A stretch of 63,813 nt of DNA, counting the filler, from Olpidium bornovanus S191 (taxonomy: Eukaryota; Fungi; Olpidiomycota): NCBI GenBank assembly GCA_017911155.1. It is 30 parts of 30 records of this genome, joined end to end, with 100 filler letters (N's around TTAATTAATTAA, not from the genome) between each part and the next. Parts side by side here need not be neighbours in the genome. Positions count along the whole stretch, not along the records: positions 45,694 to 49,229 come from JAEFCI010008081.1; positions 49,330 to 52,752 come from JAEFCI010000835.1; positions 52,853 to 55,096 come from JAEFCI010001027.1; positions 55,197 to 57,159 come from JAEFCI010007999.1; positions 57,260 to 58,641 come from JAEFCI010007441.1; positions 58,742 to 59,879 come from JAEFCI010008701.1; positions 59,980 to 62,433 come from JAEFCI010010334.1; positions 62,534 to 63,813 come from JAEFCI010002057.1; 22 more parts are not named here. The stretch is one strand, 5' to 3'. How positions within the stretch are numbered: position 1 is the first letter of the stretch; the number at the start of each line of letters is the position of its first letter. Positions 48,174 through 63,813 of this stretch are shown in pieces. The notes beneath the pieces are model-generated. The model searched no databases, had not been told where the DNA came from, and was given only the letters and a program-made list of their open reading frames with translations. The translations under genes and the position numbers were made by a program.

Positions 48174-49229
48174 TGTTGAGTACCGCGCGCCGTCACGTGA
48201 GAGCCGTAGCGAACGTAGACGCAAATCCTCCCGGTAGAACCCTTCCTTCCGCACCCGCCGCGAAACAATAAACAACAGGTTATGAGCCCAAGGGGACCCT
48301 GACCGCTCCCCAGCAGAGCGTCATCCTCCGCACCCGCAGAGCGTCATCCCTGCAGAGCGTCATCCTCCGCATCCGCAGAGCGTCATCCCCCGGAGACAGA
48401 AGCCCGAAGAGCGCCACAGAGCGGCGCCGCGACCGGGAGCGCGAGGCAGAGACCGGAGGAGCGCCACAAGGAGCGCGGAGCGTGGAGACAGAGGCCCGAA
48501 GAGCGCCACAAAGCGGCGCCGCTTCTGCCGCAAGGAGCGCGGCGCCGCGACCGGGAGCGCGGAGGCAGAGACCGGAGGAGCGCCACAAGGAGCGGGGAGC
48601 GCGGAGACAGAGGCCCGAAGAGCGCCACAGAGCGGCGCCGCGACCAGGAGCGCGAGGCAGAGACCGGAGGAGCGCCACAAGAAGCGGCGCGGCGACCGGG
48701 AACAGAGAACACGAAGACAGAGGACTAAAACACCCCGGTCGACCTTTGCGAAGGCGAAGGGCCGCCGGCAAGTCCTGCTTGTACTCGTACTGCGCGCAGT
48801 TTGTCTCGTTTACTCTCCTCACTCACTCTGCCATTCGCGTTGCTCACCCTTACATGGAGGGGCGCTGACTGCAGATCACCATACCGCCGCTGGAGGAAGG
48901 AAACTGGGTGTCATGGAAGGATGATATGCGGGCCGTTCTGCTCAGGAAAGGTCTGTGGACCTACGCCTCCGGTCGAGAAACGCGCCCAACGGGGCCCAGT
49001 CAGTTGCGGGACTGGGAGAAGGCGGACGGTGAGGCGAAATGACAGAGGAAGAAACCTTCGATCAATTCGTCGCGAGTGTTAAGGCGCAGATTCAAAGACT
49101 CATGGACCTCGGCGAGGACAGTGTCGACTGGGAACGGTGTCGGGAGACTGATGACTCCGACGGGGTTGTGGCAGGCTGGGACCGGCAGCAATGGGCTGTC
49201 TTACGCGTGCGGATTGCCGTAAGTACGGG
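48174..49229 (+). mobile_element. Ty1/copia element 5' part: LTR 48174..48277, PBS 48278..48290, repeat-rich leader, disrupted gag
   Basis: LTR bounded by TGTTG..CAACA with AATAAA at 48267; PBS GGTTATGAGCCCA; gag IPPLEEGNWVSWKDDMRAVLLRKGLWTYASG..W..ADGEA and MTEEETFDQFVASVKAQIQRLMDLGE (UBN2-type), interrupted by stops and a deletion. Confidence 0.9.
48313..48700. repeat. Hierarchical tandem repeats in the copia leader
   Basis: GCAGAGCGTCATCC at 48313, 48336, 48352 and 48375; alternating GGAGACAGARGCCCGAAGAGCGCCACA (48392, 48484, 48603) and GGCAGAGACCGGAGGAGCGCCACAAG (48445, 48564, 48656). Confidence 0.92.
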
Positions 49230-49627
49230 NNNNNNNNNNNNNNNNNNNNNNNNNNNNNNNNNNNNNNNNNNNNTTAATTAATTAANNNNNNNNNNNNNNN
49301 NNNNNNNNNNNNNNNNNNNNNNNNNNNNNAAGACAAAATTTAGGAGCCACCCCGGAGAACCTCGCGGCCGGCGGCCCCCGAGATGCACCGGCTGACGTCT
49401 CGGCATTCTGCCTGGCCCTAATGCCCCCAAAAACGAGCGACGGGGCATGGTCCAGACCAAGCCGCGAACGAGCTCGCGGAAAAATCCCATCCAGATTATT
49501 GGGTTGCGGTTGTCGAGCAGGAAACAAATTTAAGATCGAACTTTTTTTTTTGAAAAATAAAACATTCGGAGCATCCTCCTCCTTTGTTCGTTCCCGATAC
49601 CGGCCTGGTTTTCGCCTGGCCCTTGCG

Positions 49628-52752
<3,125 letters not shown>

Positions 52753-52907
52753 NNNNNNNNNNNNNNNNNNNNNNNNNNNNNNNNNNNNNNNNNNNNTTAA
52801 TTAATTAANNNNNNNNNNNNNNNNNNNNNNNNNNNNNNNNNNNNNNNNNNNNGACAAGCGCTGTTATTATTTGTTTTTTTGTTGCCCCGTTTTGACTCAC
52901 TCGCCGC

Positions 52908-53875
52908 ACCACACACGAAGGGTCGACCCGGGAACATTCGATGAGAAAGTCCTGCATCTCCCGCAGCGGCATGACGCCGCTTCCCGCTCCTTGCACAGAG
53001 GCGAACGACCGGTGGGCCTGGCCGGAACGATCGTCCAGAACGTATAAGAGGACTCGCACGAGCGAGCGCAGCGCGCACACGCGGACGCGGATCCCGTCGT
53101 TTCCGGCGAGCCCCAGCGCGACGGCGTGGAACACGCGCAGGAAATCTGGCTTGAACGGGGCGCTGGCGGTCTAATGGCGAGAAGCAAAGAAAGAAAGTTG
53201 ATCTCACCATCGGCCGTCAGAGCGAGGGTGCGCGCCGCTTGGATTTCCCCCCTTCTCCCCCCTCCTCCTCCCACCATCCTGCGGAAACACCCGTGAAAAG
53301 TACAATTTACCTCCAACATATCGGCGACGGCGCTCGTCAGCCGCTCGCATATCACGGCAAACGTTTCGTCCGAAGCGGCAGCGGATTCGGCCTGGAGCGC
53401 AATCAGAAGATTCGCCGCCACGACGTCGGGGTCCACCGAGGGGGTCCGGGCCAGCGACGCCGCGAGGTCGATAGCCTTGGTCTGCCGAACAAGCCCACCC
53501 CACCCGCCGACCGCCCGCGAAATGAGTTTTTTTTTTTGCGCAAAAACGACGAGCCAAAATTCCCTCGCCAAAAAGCCCGCTCGCTTTCGACGGGGTCGGC
53601 CGCCGGCGCACACACACCCTCAAATGTTCGTCCTGCTCTCCGGAGACGAGCGCAAGGATTGTCTGGAGCACGTCGCGGCAGACCGGTTCCGACGGCGCTT
53701 TGGCTAGCCGGATCCTGAGCAGATTAAGCGCCTAATCCCCGCCCCCCAGCCCGTCCCCCCCGCCAGGGTGAATTGTACCGGAGCGTAAAAAAAAAAAAAA
53801 AGGTCTAACGCGCTTTACCGATTCCCGAAGCCGCCTGTCCGACGAGATCAGTCCCGGCAACAAATCCGACGACCC
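52908..53875 (-). CDS. Hypothetical alpha-helical (HEAT/ARM-like) protein, internal exons
   Basis: Exon-like blocks VCRDVLQTILALVS..|TKAIDLAASLA..VVAANLLIAL..|FLRVFHAVALGL..VRVCALRSLVRVL with GT-AG borders; family not recognised. Confidence 0.4.
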
Positions 53876-53951
53876 TTGGTTTTCTCGATTTTTCTCCTGG
53901 GGCCAAAAGGACGAGATTCCCCCCTCTGCTCGTCAGGTTTTCTTTTTTTTT

Positions 53952-53991
<40 letters not shown>

Positions 53992-54516
53992 GCGCTCTCC
54001 CGGCCTCGCGACCGGGTGGTTTGTTTTGGATATCCCTTACGTCGAGGTCTGCGGCCGCCGGGACGACAACACGGGCGGAGAGCGGCGGCGCCGCTAGCGA
54101 TGCCGCATCGCCTTCCGCCGTTCTGCAAAAAGTTGGGCGTTCGGAATTTCCCCCCCGCATCGCGCCGGCGCGGCGCCCCGGACGGCCGTCACAAAGACGC
54201 ACGCGGTTACCAAAAACGGTGCGCCGAGTTTCCTCCCCCGTCGACCAGCAAAGCCCGCGACGACACTCGATACGCCCCTCCGGCCGACCCACAACGCTCG
54301 AAAAAATAAAAAAAGAAACGCACGTCGTCCACGTCTCCGTCCGATAAGCCGCGTGGGCCATTTTTTGATGCCTCCTCCCCCCTGACTACGGTTTTCTCAC
54401 CCTCCCCGCCGAGTAAACTTGCGGCGGTGGGGAGGGGCTGAGGCGAAAAGGAAAGAGGAAGCTGGCAGCAAGAGCCCCGCCCGGTGCCGTTCGGTGCGGC
54501 CGACCCTCCAGAATGT

Positions 54517-54566
<50 letters not shown>

Positions 54567-54579
54567 GGGGGGGGGGGGG

Positions 54580-54615
<36 letters not shown>

Positions 54616-55254
54616 GGGGAGGGCTGGCGTCTCACTTTCCGGGGATGAAGGAAGGGGGAAAGGAAGGGGCGGATCGGCGGGGTGGGTGGATAAGTAGCGG
54701 GAAAACTAACAATCATGGGGCCGTGATTGTGTGTGCCGCGCGCCGCGGAGCACACACCGGGGCAATCAGTCAGTCAGCAGTGTAAGTCTGGGGCCGAGGG
54801 GAGGGAAGAGGAAATGGAAGGATTGGGGGAGAAGAAAAATATCGGTCGGGCGTCGGGGGGGTGTCGGGGGGGGGGGGGGCGGGGGGGGGATGCCAGTTCA
54901 GACACGTGCACCTGCAGGGTAAATGGTATAACATGATATGATATGGGGCAGGCAGCCGTTTGAATCATTAACAACACACTCCCCAGTCCAAGTCATATTA
55001 CATTATTATTATTATTATTGTTTCGCTCCCCCTCCCCCTTTTCCCCCCCCCCCCCCCCCCCCCCCCTCCCCCCCCCCCCCCCCCCCCCCCCCCCCCNNNN
55101 NNNNNNNNNNNNNNNNNNNNNNNNNNNNNNNNNNNNNNNNTTAATTAATTAANNNNNNNNNNNNNNNNNNNNNNNNNNNNNNNNNNNNNNNNNNNNCGGT
55201 CAGCATAACATTAGCTGCGTGACACGAGAATTGCCTGAGCGTAAAAACGCATTA

Positions 55255-56648
<1,394 letters not shown>

Positions 56649-56806
56649 AGCGGGCAGTCCCGAAGCAGGCGCGCACAGTTCGTTTTCCGTTCGTTCGCCG
56701 GCAACCAGGGTCGAGGATTCCGTCGGGGGCGGGGCGCGGGGAGGGTTGCGAGCGCGACTGCGCCGGCAGCACGGGGTTCCCCCTTTTCCCCTCGTCCCCC
56801 CTTTTC

Positions 56807-56873
<67 letters not shown>

Positions 56874-57259
56874 TTTCCAACCCTTCCGGGGAGGCTGCAA
56901 GAACTTTCTCTCCCTCAAACAGCACAGCCGACGTGCGCTGCGGCCCGCCCGAGCGCCAAAATTTCCCCGCTTCGGAAAACCAACGTGCCGCAGATGTCGG
57001 ATGCGCTTCCACTGATTCCCACCTCCGGCACACCAGGACATGGTCCCAAAAGCGGGACAATGACTCCCCTGCCAATCACGTACGAGGACAGACGCGCGAG
57101 CCGCGGCGTATTACTCCCCCCACAAACGATCGAATAGCGGCTCCCAACCGCGAGAACGCNNNNNNNNNNNNNNNNNNNNNNNNNNNNNNNNNNNNNNNNN
57201 NNNTTAATTAATTAANNNNNNNNNNNNNNNNNNNNNNNNNNNNNNNNNNNNNNNNNNNN

Positions 57260-58525
57260 AAAAATTAAACAGGGCTGCCTCGTATGGAGGCCCGCGTAAA
57301 TAGTTTCGGGGGAAAAAAAGATACGCACCTGGTTGAACGACAGCGAGCACTCGACGCACAGGGAGACCAGCGGACGCATGTCCCAGCACACGTCGTGGCG
57401 TTTCTGCAGAATTCGCGTTACCCGCGCCAGAAACAATCGTAAAGACGAGATTGCCTGCGGTGGCGATGGGAATGCAGCAGGCAACTGAATTAAAAAATCG
57501 TACGGTGTGGCAGCCCAGACCGCATAGCCGATGCGAAATAAAAGATGCACCCAACGGTAAAAAAAGAAAGACTTCCCACGCACTTCGGCTTGACCCGACT
57601 CCGGCACGTTCCGGTTAACGAAACGTAAAAGCTCGCCTAAGTAGGGAACGACCGCTTGTCGGCAGATACTGCCCAATGCCTTCCGTCCTGCAGGAAGACC
57701 TTCGTAAGCGACCACTTGCGTCTTAGATTCTCCGGGGCATAGCTTCGCCAGACGGGCCAGTTGGGCCCCGTGCTTCCCGAAAAGCGGAATTAGTGGGATT
57801 ACCCCGTCCCCTGTCACGGCGAGACGAACGTGTACGCGAAAAACGTTAACATATTACTTCAAATGGGACGCCAGTTTGCCGAATGGCGGGTGCCTGGCAA
57901 AAAAAAAGCAAAAACCAACCCGCAGCTTCCAGAACACGTTTGATGCATTCTCCAAGGACTTGGACGTGGCACGGCTCGTCAAAACCCAGCATCAAGAGCT
58001 CGACGTTGGCTTCCAAAACGACTTCGAGGACCTTGTTCAGAGCAGGGCCACCCTCCTGGTCTCCGGTGCCCGCTCTATCCTTGGCCTTCCGTTTGCGGGA
58101 TACCCGCCTGGGTCTAGAGACTTCTGGATTGCACTTGCGCCTTCGATTCAAATGTGGTGCAATATCCGGCCGCGTTCGGGGAGAGAGGCCGGGAAGGCGT
58201 CCACAATTAAAAATAAGTGATTAGTCTAGGTCGGTGGGCCGATTCGCATATCCCGCTCGGCTGAGCGCGGCGGCGGCGGCGGCGGCTCGGCGCGGCCGCC
58301 TATTAAGAAATAATCTCTACGTTTGTTCAAAACGTACGAGGTCGCTTCTTGCCTCACGCGGTTGAGAAACTCGCCGTTGACGAGGTCCAGTGCGCTGCGC
58401 AGCCACCCGAGATCAAATCCCTCCAGACCTGCTGCATTGGCGTGAACGCAGATTCGCAGCAACATCCTAAAGGAAGCTAGGGCGAAATCCAGGTCCAGTA
58501 GCTGCTTGTCTGGCAAGCGTGTCAA
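57260..58525 (-). CDS. Hypothetical multi-exon helical protein, internal part
   Basis: Three stop-free, protein-like blocks (LLDLDFALASFRMLLRIC.., LNKVLEVVLEANVELL.., AVVPYLGELLRFVN..) separated by GT-AG-bounded segments. Confidence 0.4.
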
Positions 58526-58795
58526 AGAACCTAGTCACAACACTCTCCAGTTCACGTGATGCAAATACGTAGAGTTGATCGCTGCCCCCCCCTCCCCCCC
58601 CCCCCCCCCCCCCAAAAAAAAAAAAAAAAAACCCCCACAAANNNNNNNNNNNNNNNNNNNNNNNNNNNNNNNNNNNNNNNNNNNNTTAATTAATTAANNN
58701 NNNNNNNNNNNNNNNNNNNNNNNNNNNNNNNNNNNNNNNNNCTTGGAAGTCACGTCGTCATAGAAACACGGAAGGGGGGGGGGGGGGGGGGGGGC

Positions 58796-58834
<39 letters not shown>

Positions 58835-59687
58835 TGGCGTGAAGTGGAGTGGGGCGAAAAGAACTCCCCCTGTTTTTTTCCGGGGCGGGAGGGGACCGGG
58901 GAAGAGGGGGGAGGGGGGGAAGGGGGCGCAGCCGGGGGCCAACCCGCGGAGAAAGGGGAGAAGGGTTCCGGGTCGTCGGTTTGGGTGCTTCTCGCGTGCG
59001 GCCGCGGGATCCCAAAGCAGGAGAGCAAGGCGGCGGGGAGGCGGGATTATTGGAGGAACCCAGCACACGTCGACAAGAACTCATCGCTGGCACAGCCTGC
59101 CAACATTTCATAAGCGTGCTCGCACCGAGTGCGGCTTGAATAAAAAAGCTAAATCGTGGACCCGGAGGCGGCGGTAAGACTTGAAACTTTTTTCCGGCGC
59201 GGTCTGCGTCGGAATGAAAATTACCAACCTACAGCGACTTGGAACCAGCGATACCACAGCCTTCGCGCGTGAGTCCGCCAGCCTAGGACTGGATGTGAAC
59301 GGGCCACGCTTTCCCGTCTGAAAAATAACGAATCTGCTGGTTCGTGCAGCTATTTTGCAGCAGTGCAGGGTCCGTATAAACTAAATGCTGTAAAAATAAA
59401 AATGCTTTCCGCGCAAAACGGATCTCATCCGAAATGGGTGGGGGAAAAAGGGTTTAACCCCTTGCAGAGCGGAACGCGCGCGCGGCGAACAATAGCCGGC
59501 GATTCGGCAAACACTTGGCGATTTTCTCTTTTGTGTGTGCGCGTGTGTTTGTGTGTGCGTTTTTGTAGAGGGCGCGTTATACTGTCACGACGGGAGCTGC
59601 TCGGCAGCAGCCAAATTGCGGCGGCGGACGACGGAGGACTGGACGGCGAAGCTTCTTTTCTATGTTTGTTTTTGTTGCATTTTTGAG

Positions 59688-59747
59688 ATTATAAATTAAT
59701 TTGTGCAATTATAAATAAGTTTGTGCAATTATAAATTAGTGTGTGCA
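59688..59747. repeat. 20-bp AT-rich tandem repeat, 3 copies
   Basis: ATTATAAATTAATTTGTGCA / ATTATAAATAAGTTTGTGCA / ATTATAAATTAGTGTGTGCA. Confidence 0.9.
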
Positions 59748-59979
59748 TCTGCGATCGAGGGCGGATCTCCAAGCGCAGCACCCCGTCAGAAGCTGCGGGC
59801 GGATTTATCACGTGACCAACGACTGCGGTTTTCTCGCCACCTTCAAACAATATTCAAGCGTGCAATTTAATTTTGCCCCNNNNNNNNNNNNNNNNNNNNN
59901 NNNNNNNNNNNNNNNNNNNNNNNTTAATTAATTAANNNNNNNNNNNNNNNNNNNNNNNNNNNNNNNNNNNNNNNNNNNN

Positions 59980-60771
59980 CATGATCTCCTTCCCGTCGAT
60001 GTTTGCCATTACGGAAATATGCTGATATGCCAATTTGAGCTCTAGTCAGCGACCGCAGCAGGATTCGGAAAATGGCTTGAAACGGGGACGCCACTCAGTC
60101 TTACCTGCCCAATGGGAAGATTAAGCGAGTCATCTTTGTGAGGGAGACCAAACCTGTACCTGCGGCCCAAGGGTGGATAATGAGCGTCTGCAATTCGCCC
60201 CGATACCGCGCGTTTTTCGTCAAGAAATTCGCGACAAACGGCGAGAAGTCGTACACGTTGGTGTTGTGCGATATTTGGATTTTCTCGACGAGAGGAAACT
60301 TTCTCCATTCATTTTTGTCCAGGACGGAAGCTGTACTTTTTTTCTCCACGCACGCGTGCCGCAGAAACAGGTTTCGAGGACAGAGAGCGCAACGCAGGAC
60401 GCGTGCGCGCGTGAAGTGCTTAGGGCGTCGCGACGGGCGATGTTGCTGGAGGATTCCGCCCAGTCTCAAGGACATCAAGGGGATCGGCGTGCCTTTTTTC
60501 AAAATCTCTTCAAACGGCGATAATTGCCGCCGACATCCGGGGCTGGACAGGCGGCCGCTGTGATGACGCTCTCTCTCTCTTTCTAGCCTTCCCTTTTCGC
60601 CGCCCACCTTTCTCGATCCCGCGCTTCCCCCGCGGCAGCGGCCTGCTTACCTCGCTTCGCGCCGGTACGCCCCTCGCTTTTGCACGGTCCCAAGCATTTC
60701 CCCTTAAAATAGCAGACGGCGGCTGCGACGGCGACGGCCGCCACGACGGAAAGGAGCAGCGGGTTGTCCAT
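59980..60771 (-). CDS. CBR1: NADH-cytochrome b5 reductase, N-terminal exons
   Basis: Membrane anchor MDNPLLLSVVAAVAVAAAVCYF, then VLDKNEWRKFPLVEKIQISHNTNV|YRFGLPHKDDSLNLPIGQ|HISVMANIDGKEIM. Confidence 0.92.
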
Positions 60772-61405
60772 TTTGTTCCGACTCCTGTGAATGATTTTAG
60801 TCGCGTGGGCCTCTCGCTGTTGCTGCTGTTTGTTGTGGCTTTTTTTTTTTTTTTTTTTCCTCTGTTTTTTTTTCGATTTTTCCGGGGCGCGTGGCCGGGG
60901 AAGGCAGTCTCCTCCGGCGGCGCGGGAGTGTCTGCTGTGTTCGGCGGCGGCAGCGTCAGAATTGATCCGTTACCAGAGCGCGGAGCAAGATCACGCCGTC
61001 GGCCGGTGCCAGCGAGCGGGCCCCGCGGAAGAGCCGCCTCGTTCGACCGTGCCGTGCGCGGCAGCGCGGGGGAGAGGCGCTGTTGGAGGCGAGGGACTCT
61101 CTGGACGGCGGCTGCTTGGCGGCGGTGGCCCGGCGCCCCGTGCAGCGGGCGCGTGCGCGAGCGCAGAGAGCGAGGAAGCCGCTCCCGCCGGTTCCGCCCT
61201 TGAACCGCGCCCCGCCCCTCCTCGCCCAAGGGCCCCCTCACCTCCCTCCTCTCCTCCCCCATCTCTCCTCTCGCCGCCCGCCCGGCGAACCAGCTCGCGC
61301 CCCTTCCCCGCCGCGGGGAGACACCGGAGCCCTCGTCCCTTTCCACGAGCCCCCCCGCCCCCGCCCGGCCCCCCCTCGGGTAGGGGAAAGGGCCCGCGAG
61401 CGACT
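60772..61405. promoter_or_regulatory. Probable bidirectional promoter between CBR1 and CPSF2
   Basis: Divergent ATGs 634 nt apart on the same contig; GC-rich. Inferred from geometry only. Confidence 0.5.
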
Positions 61406-62433
61406 ATGACGTCGTTTCTGAAACTCACCGCGGTCTCGGGGGCGCGGAACGAGGACCCCCTCTGTTACCTGTTGGAAATCGACAGCGTCCACGTCCTGCT
61501 GGATTGCGGGTGGTTCGAGTCGTTCGACACGCACTCCTCCCACCACCTGAAGCACCTGCGGAGGGTCGCGAAGCAGGTCGACTTCGTGCTTCTCTCGCAC
61601 GGCGACGTCGCGCACCTTGGCGCGTACCCGTATGCGTTCGGGCATCTCGGGCTGAACTGCCCCGCGTACGCCACGCTCCCCGTCCACCACATGGGGAAGC
61701 TGACGGTGCTCGACGCGCTGAAGTCGAAGCTCGACAGCGAGCCCTTCGACCTGTTCACCAAGGACGACATCAACGCCGCGTTCGACCGCATCACGCAGCT
61801 GAGATACTCGCAGCCGACGGCGTTGACAGGTAGGCAACGTCGTATAACGCGAACTCCGCCACGACAACGTAGTCCCAGCGCTGAAACTGGTGGAAACCGG
61901 TCATCGCTGGCGCGCAGGAAAGTGCAAAGGCATTACCATCACCGCGTATTCTGCGGGTCACACAATCGGCGGCACTATATGGAAAATTAAGAAGGACACG
62001 GACGAGATCGTCTATGCTGTGGATTACAATCACAAGAAAGACCGGTAAGTGGCGTCCGCTAAAGCGCTCGTTAGGACACCAAAAAGATTGTGAATTTTCT
62101 GACATTTTCGGTCGCCCCATTGTCGAAAGACATCTGAACGGAACGGCGTTGCACGGAGGCGGTGCCGTGTTGGAAGCACTCGCCAGGCCTTCGCTCTTGA
62201 TCACCGACTCTTACAACGCAAATAGCACTCAGCCGTCACGAAAAAATCGCGATGCGGCTCTGTTTGGTGAGAAGTGAATAGCACTTTTGTTTGTGAGCGG
62301 CCTAAGGTTGCACTTGCTAATGATTCCAAGCTCTGTTTTTACACAGATACATTAATCAGCACGCTGGACGCTGAGGGATCGTGTCTTCTACCCGTCGATA
62401 CCGCTACTCGGATACTCGAGCTGGCCCACATGC
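61406..62433 (+). CDS. CPSF2: Cleavage and polyadenylation factor subunit 2 (CPSF100/Cft2), N-terminal part
   Basis: [105 protein letters not shown]|[26 protein letters not shown]. Confidence 0.97.
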
Positions 62434-62533
62434 NNNNNNNNNNNNNNNNNNNNNNNNNNNNNNNNNNNNNNNNNNNNTTAATTAATTAANNNNNNNNNNN
62501 NNNNNNNNNNNNNNNNNNNNNNNNNNNNNNNNN

Positions 62534-63694
62534 CCGGTTTCCGTCTCCCAGTGGTTCGAACACAGCCGGTACTCGAGCGGGAGGAGGTTGCCGTTGCGGC
62601 CGGCGCCGGCGCCGGCGCCGACACCGCCCGCGCCGTCGTCGCCGCTCTCGGAGGGCTTGCGGTCGATGAACCGGTAGCGCGCGACGTACCAGTCCAGGTA
62701 AGGCCCGCCGCAAAAGGAGCAGCGGTGCGCGGAGGACAGGTAAGCCAGGAGGTTCCGCGAGAGACGGGGGGCCTTCCCCAGCGCCGCCGGCCCCGCCGCG
62801 AACGCATGGTGATAAGCCTGCGCCTTGCTTCCCTTGTCGCCGCCGCTGCGGCCCCGGCGGCGGCGGCGCAAAGAATCGCACGGAGAACCCCCCGCGGCCG
62901 CGGCCGGCGGCGGCGGCGGTGACGACGGCGGCGCCGAGCCCGGAGAGGAGTGGGCGGCAAAAACTTCGGACGACAGCGACGACCGCGACGTCGACGTCCG
63001 CATGGCGAGCGATGCCATGGCGGTCGGGCCCTTCGAAGAGTGATTACGCGTGATGCCGTCGACCGGCGCGGCGCGGCCGTCCGCGCCGCGGCCGCCCGCT
63101 TGCGACGACGGCGAGCCGCCGGAGAGAAGCGAGCTCCAACCGGCAAGCGACCGGGTGGCGGAACGCGTCGAAACTCCGGCGGTGACGTCCTGGAGTTCGG
63201 GGTACCACCGGAGCAGGGCCCGCGCGCACAACTCTTTCAACGGCGGCATCCGCGCCTTTTGGTCCCGCGGGATGTCGTCGCCGCCCGTTCTCGGAGCGCT
63301 CGCGCCCCCCGGCACCGGTATCTCCTTCGCCAGTCCGCAACCCTGGACTCGCACGTGCTTCAGGGTTTTCAGCTTGCCGACCTCCGCCGGCAGGTACCGC
63401 ACGGCGGCGTTGCCGGTGATGTCCAACTCCACGAGCCGCTCCAGCGCTCCGACCTCCGCCGGAAGACTCTTCAGCTCGTTCCGAGCCACGGAGAGCAGCT
63501 GCAGGCGAGACAGCTGGCGGATGCTCGGCGGCAGGGACACGAGCCGGTTGTCAGCAAGCCTAAGCTCCACCAGTTTGCTGAGGTCGCCAATGTTGGGCGG
63601 GAGGTGCAATAAATTATTATGACTGACGTCCAGGTGCGTCAGGCCCCTCATGTTGGTAAACGTCGGCGGGAGTGACGTGAGAGAGTTGCAGCAC
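62534..63694 (-). CDS. Leucine-rich-repeat protein, LRRC58-like, partial
   Basis: Tandem LxxLxLxxNxLxxLP repeats, then PPLKELCAR, LSRNLLAYLSSAHRCSFCGGPY and LPLEYRLCS. Confidence 0.8.
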
Positions 63695-63717
63695 CTGTCA
63701 GAGGCAAAAGGCCAAGG

Positions 63718-63813
<96 letters not shown>

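Overview
This is not a contiguous locus. It is about 30 short (1-3.5 kb) contigs of a GC-rich, intron-rich eukaryotic genome, joined by 29 artificial 100-nt spacers (44 N + TTAATTAATTAA + 44 N), so adjacency across spacers carries no biological meaning. The gene content points to a zoosporic (flagellated) fungus: centriolar CEP120 together with a division-1 chitin synthase, VTC1 and a hybrid histidine kinase. An Olpidium- or chytrid-like organism is an unverified guess. Recognisable, mostly partial and spliced genes: CEP120, hybrid HK receiver end, THTPA-like CYTH protein, chitin synthase, DOA1/PLAA, MSH5, WDR83, OSCA/TMEM63, PHAF1, PET117, CARNMT1, VTC1, UBP14, a BRSK/Gin4-type kinase, RVB2, CBR1, CPSF2 and an LRRC58-like protein. 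Accessory DNA holds decayed Ty1/copia and Ty3/gypsy relics, microsatellites and long homopolymers. Most notable: (i) a copia element with a ~104-bp TGTTG..CAACA LTR and a half-tRNA(iMet)-type PBS, with the same PBS on a second contig; (ii) a (TTAGGG)5 tract inside a copia RT relic; (iii) an orphan dsRBD-like ORF between the retroelement relics; (iv) a dense palindrome/B-box cluster; (v) 20 of 58 spacer-adjacent contig ends lying at CATG. I found no rRNA, intact tRNA or CRISPR array, and no convincing novel multi-gene system. All homology calls are motif recognition from memory, not database searches.
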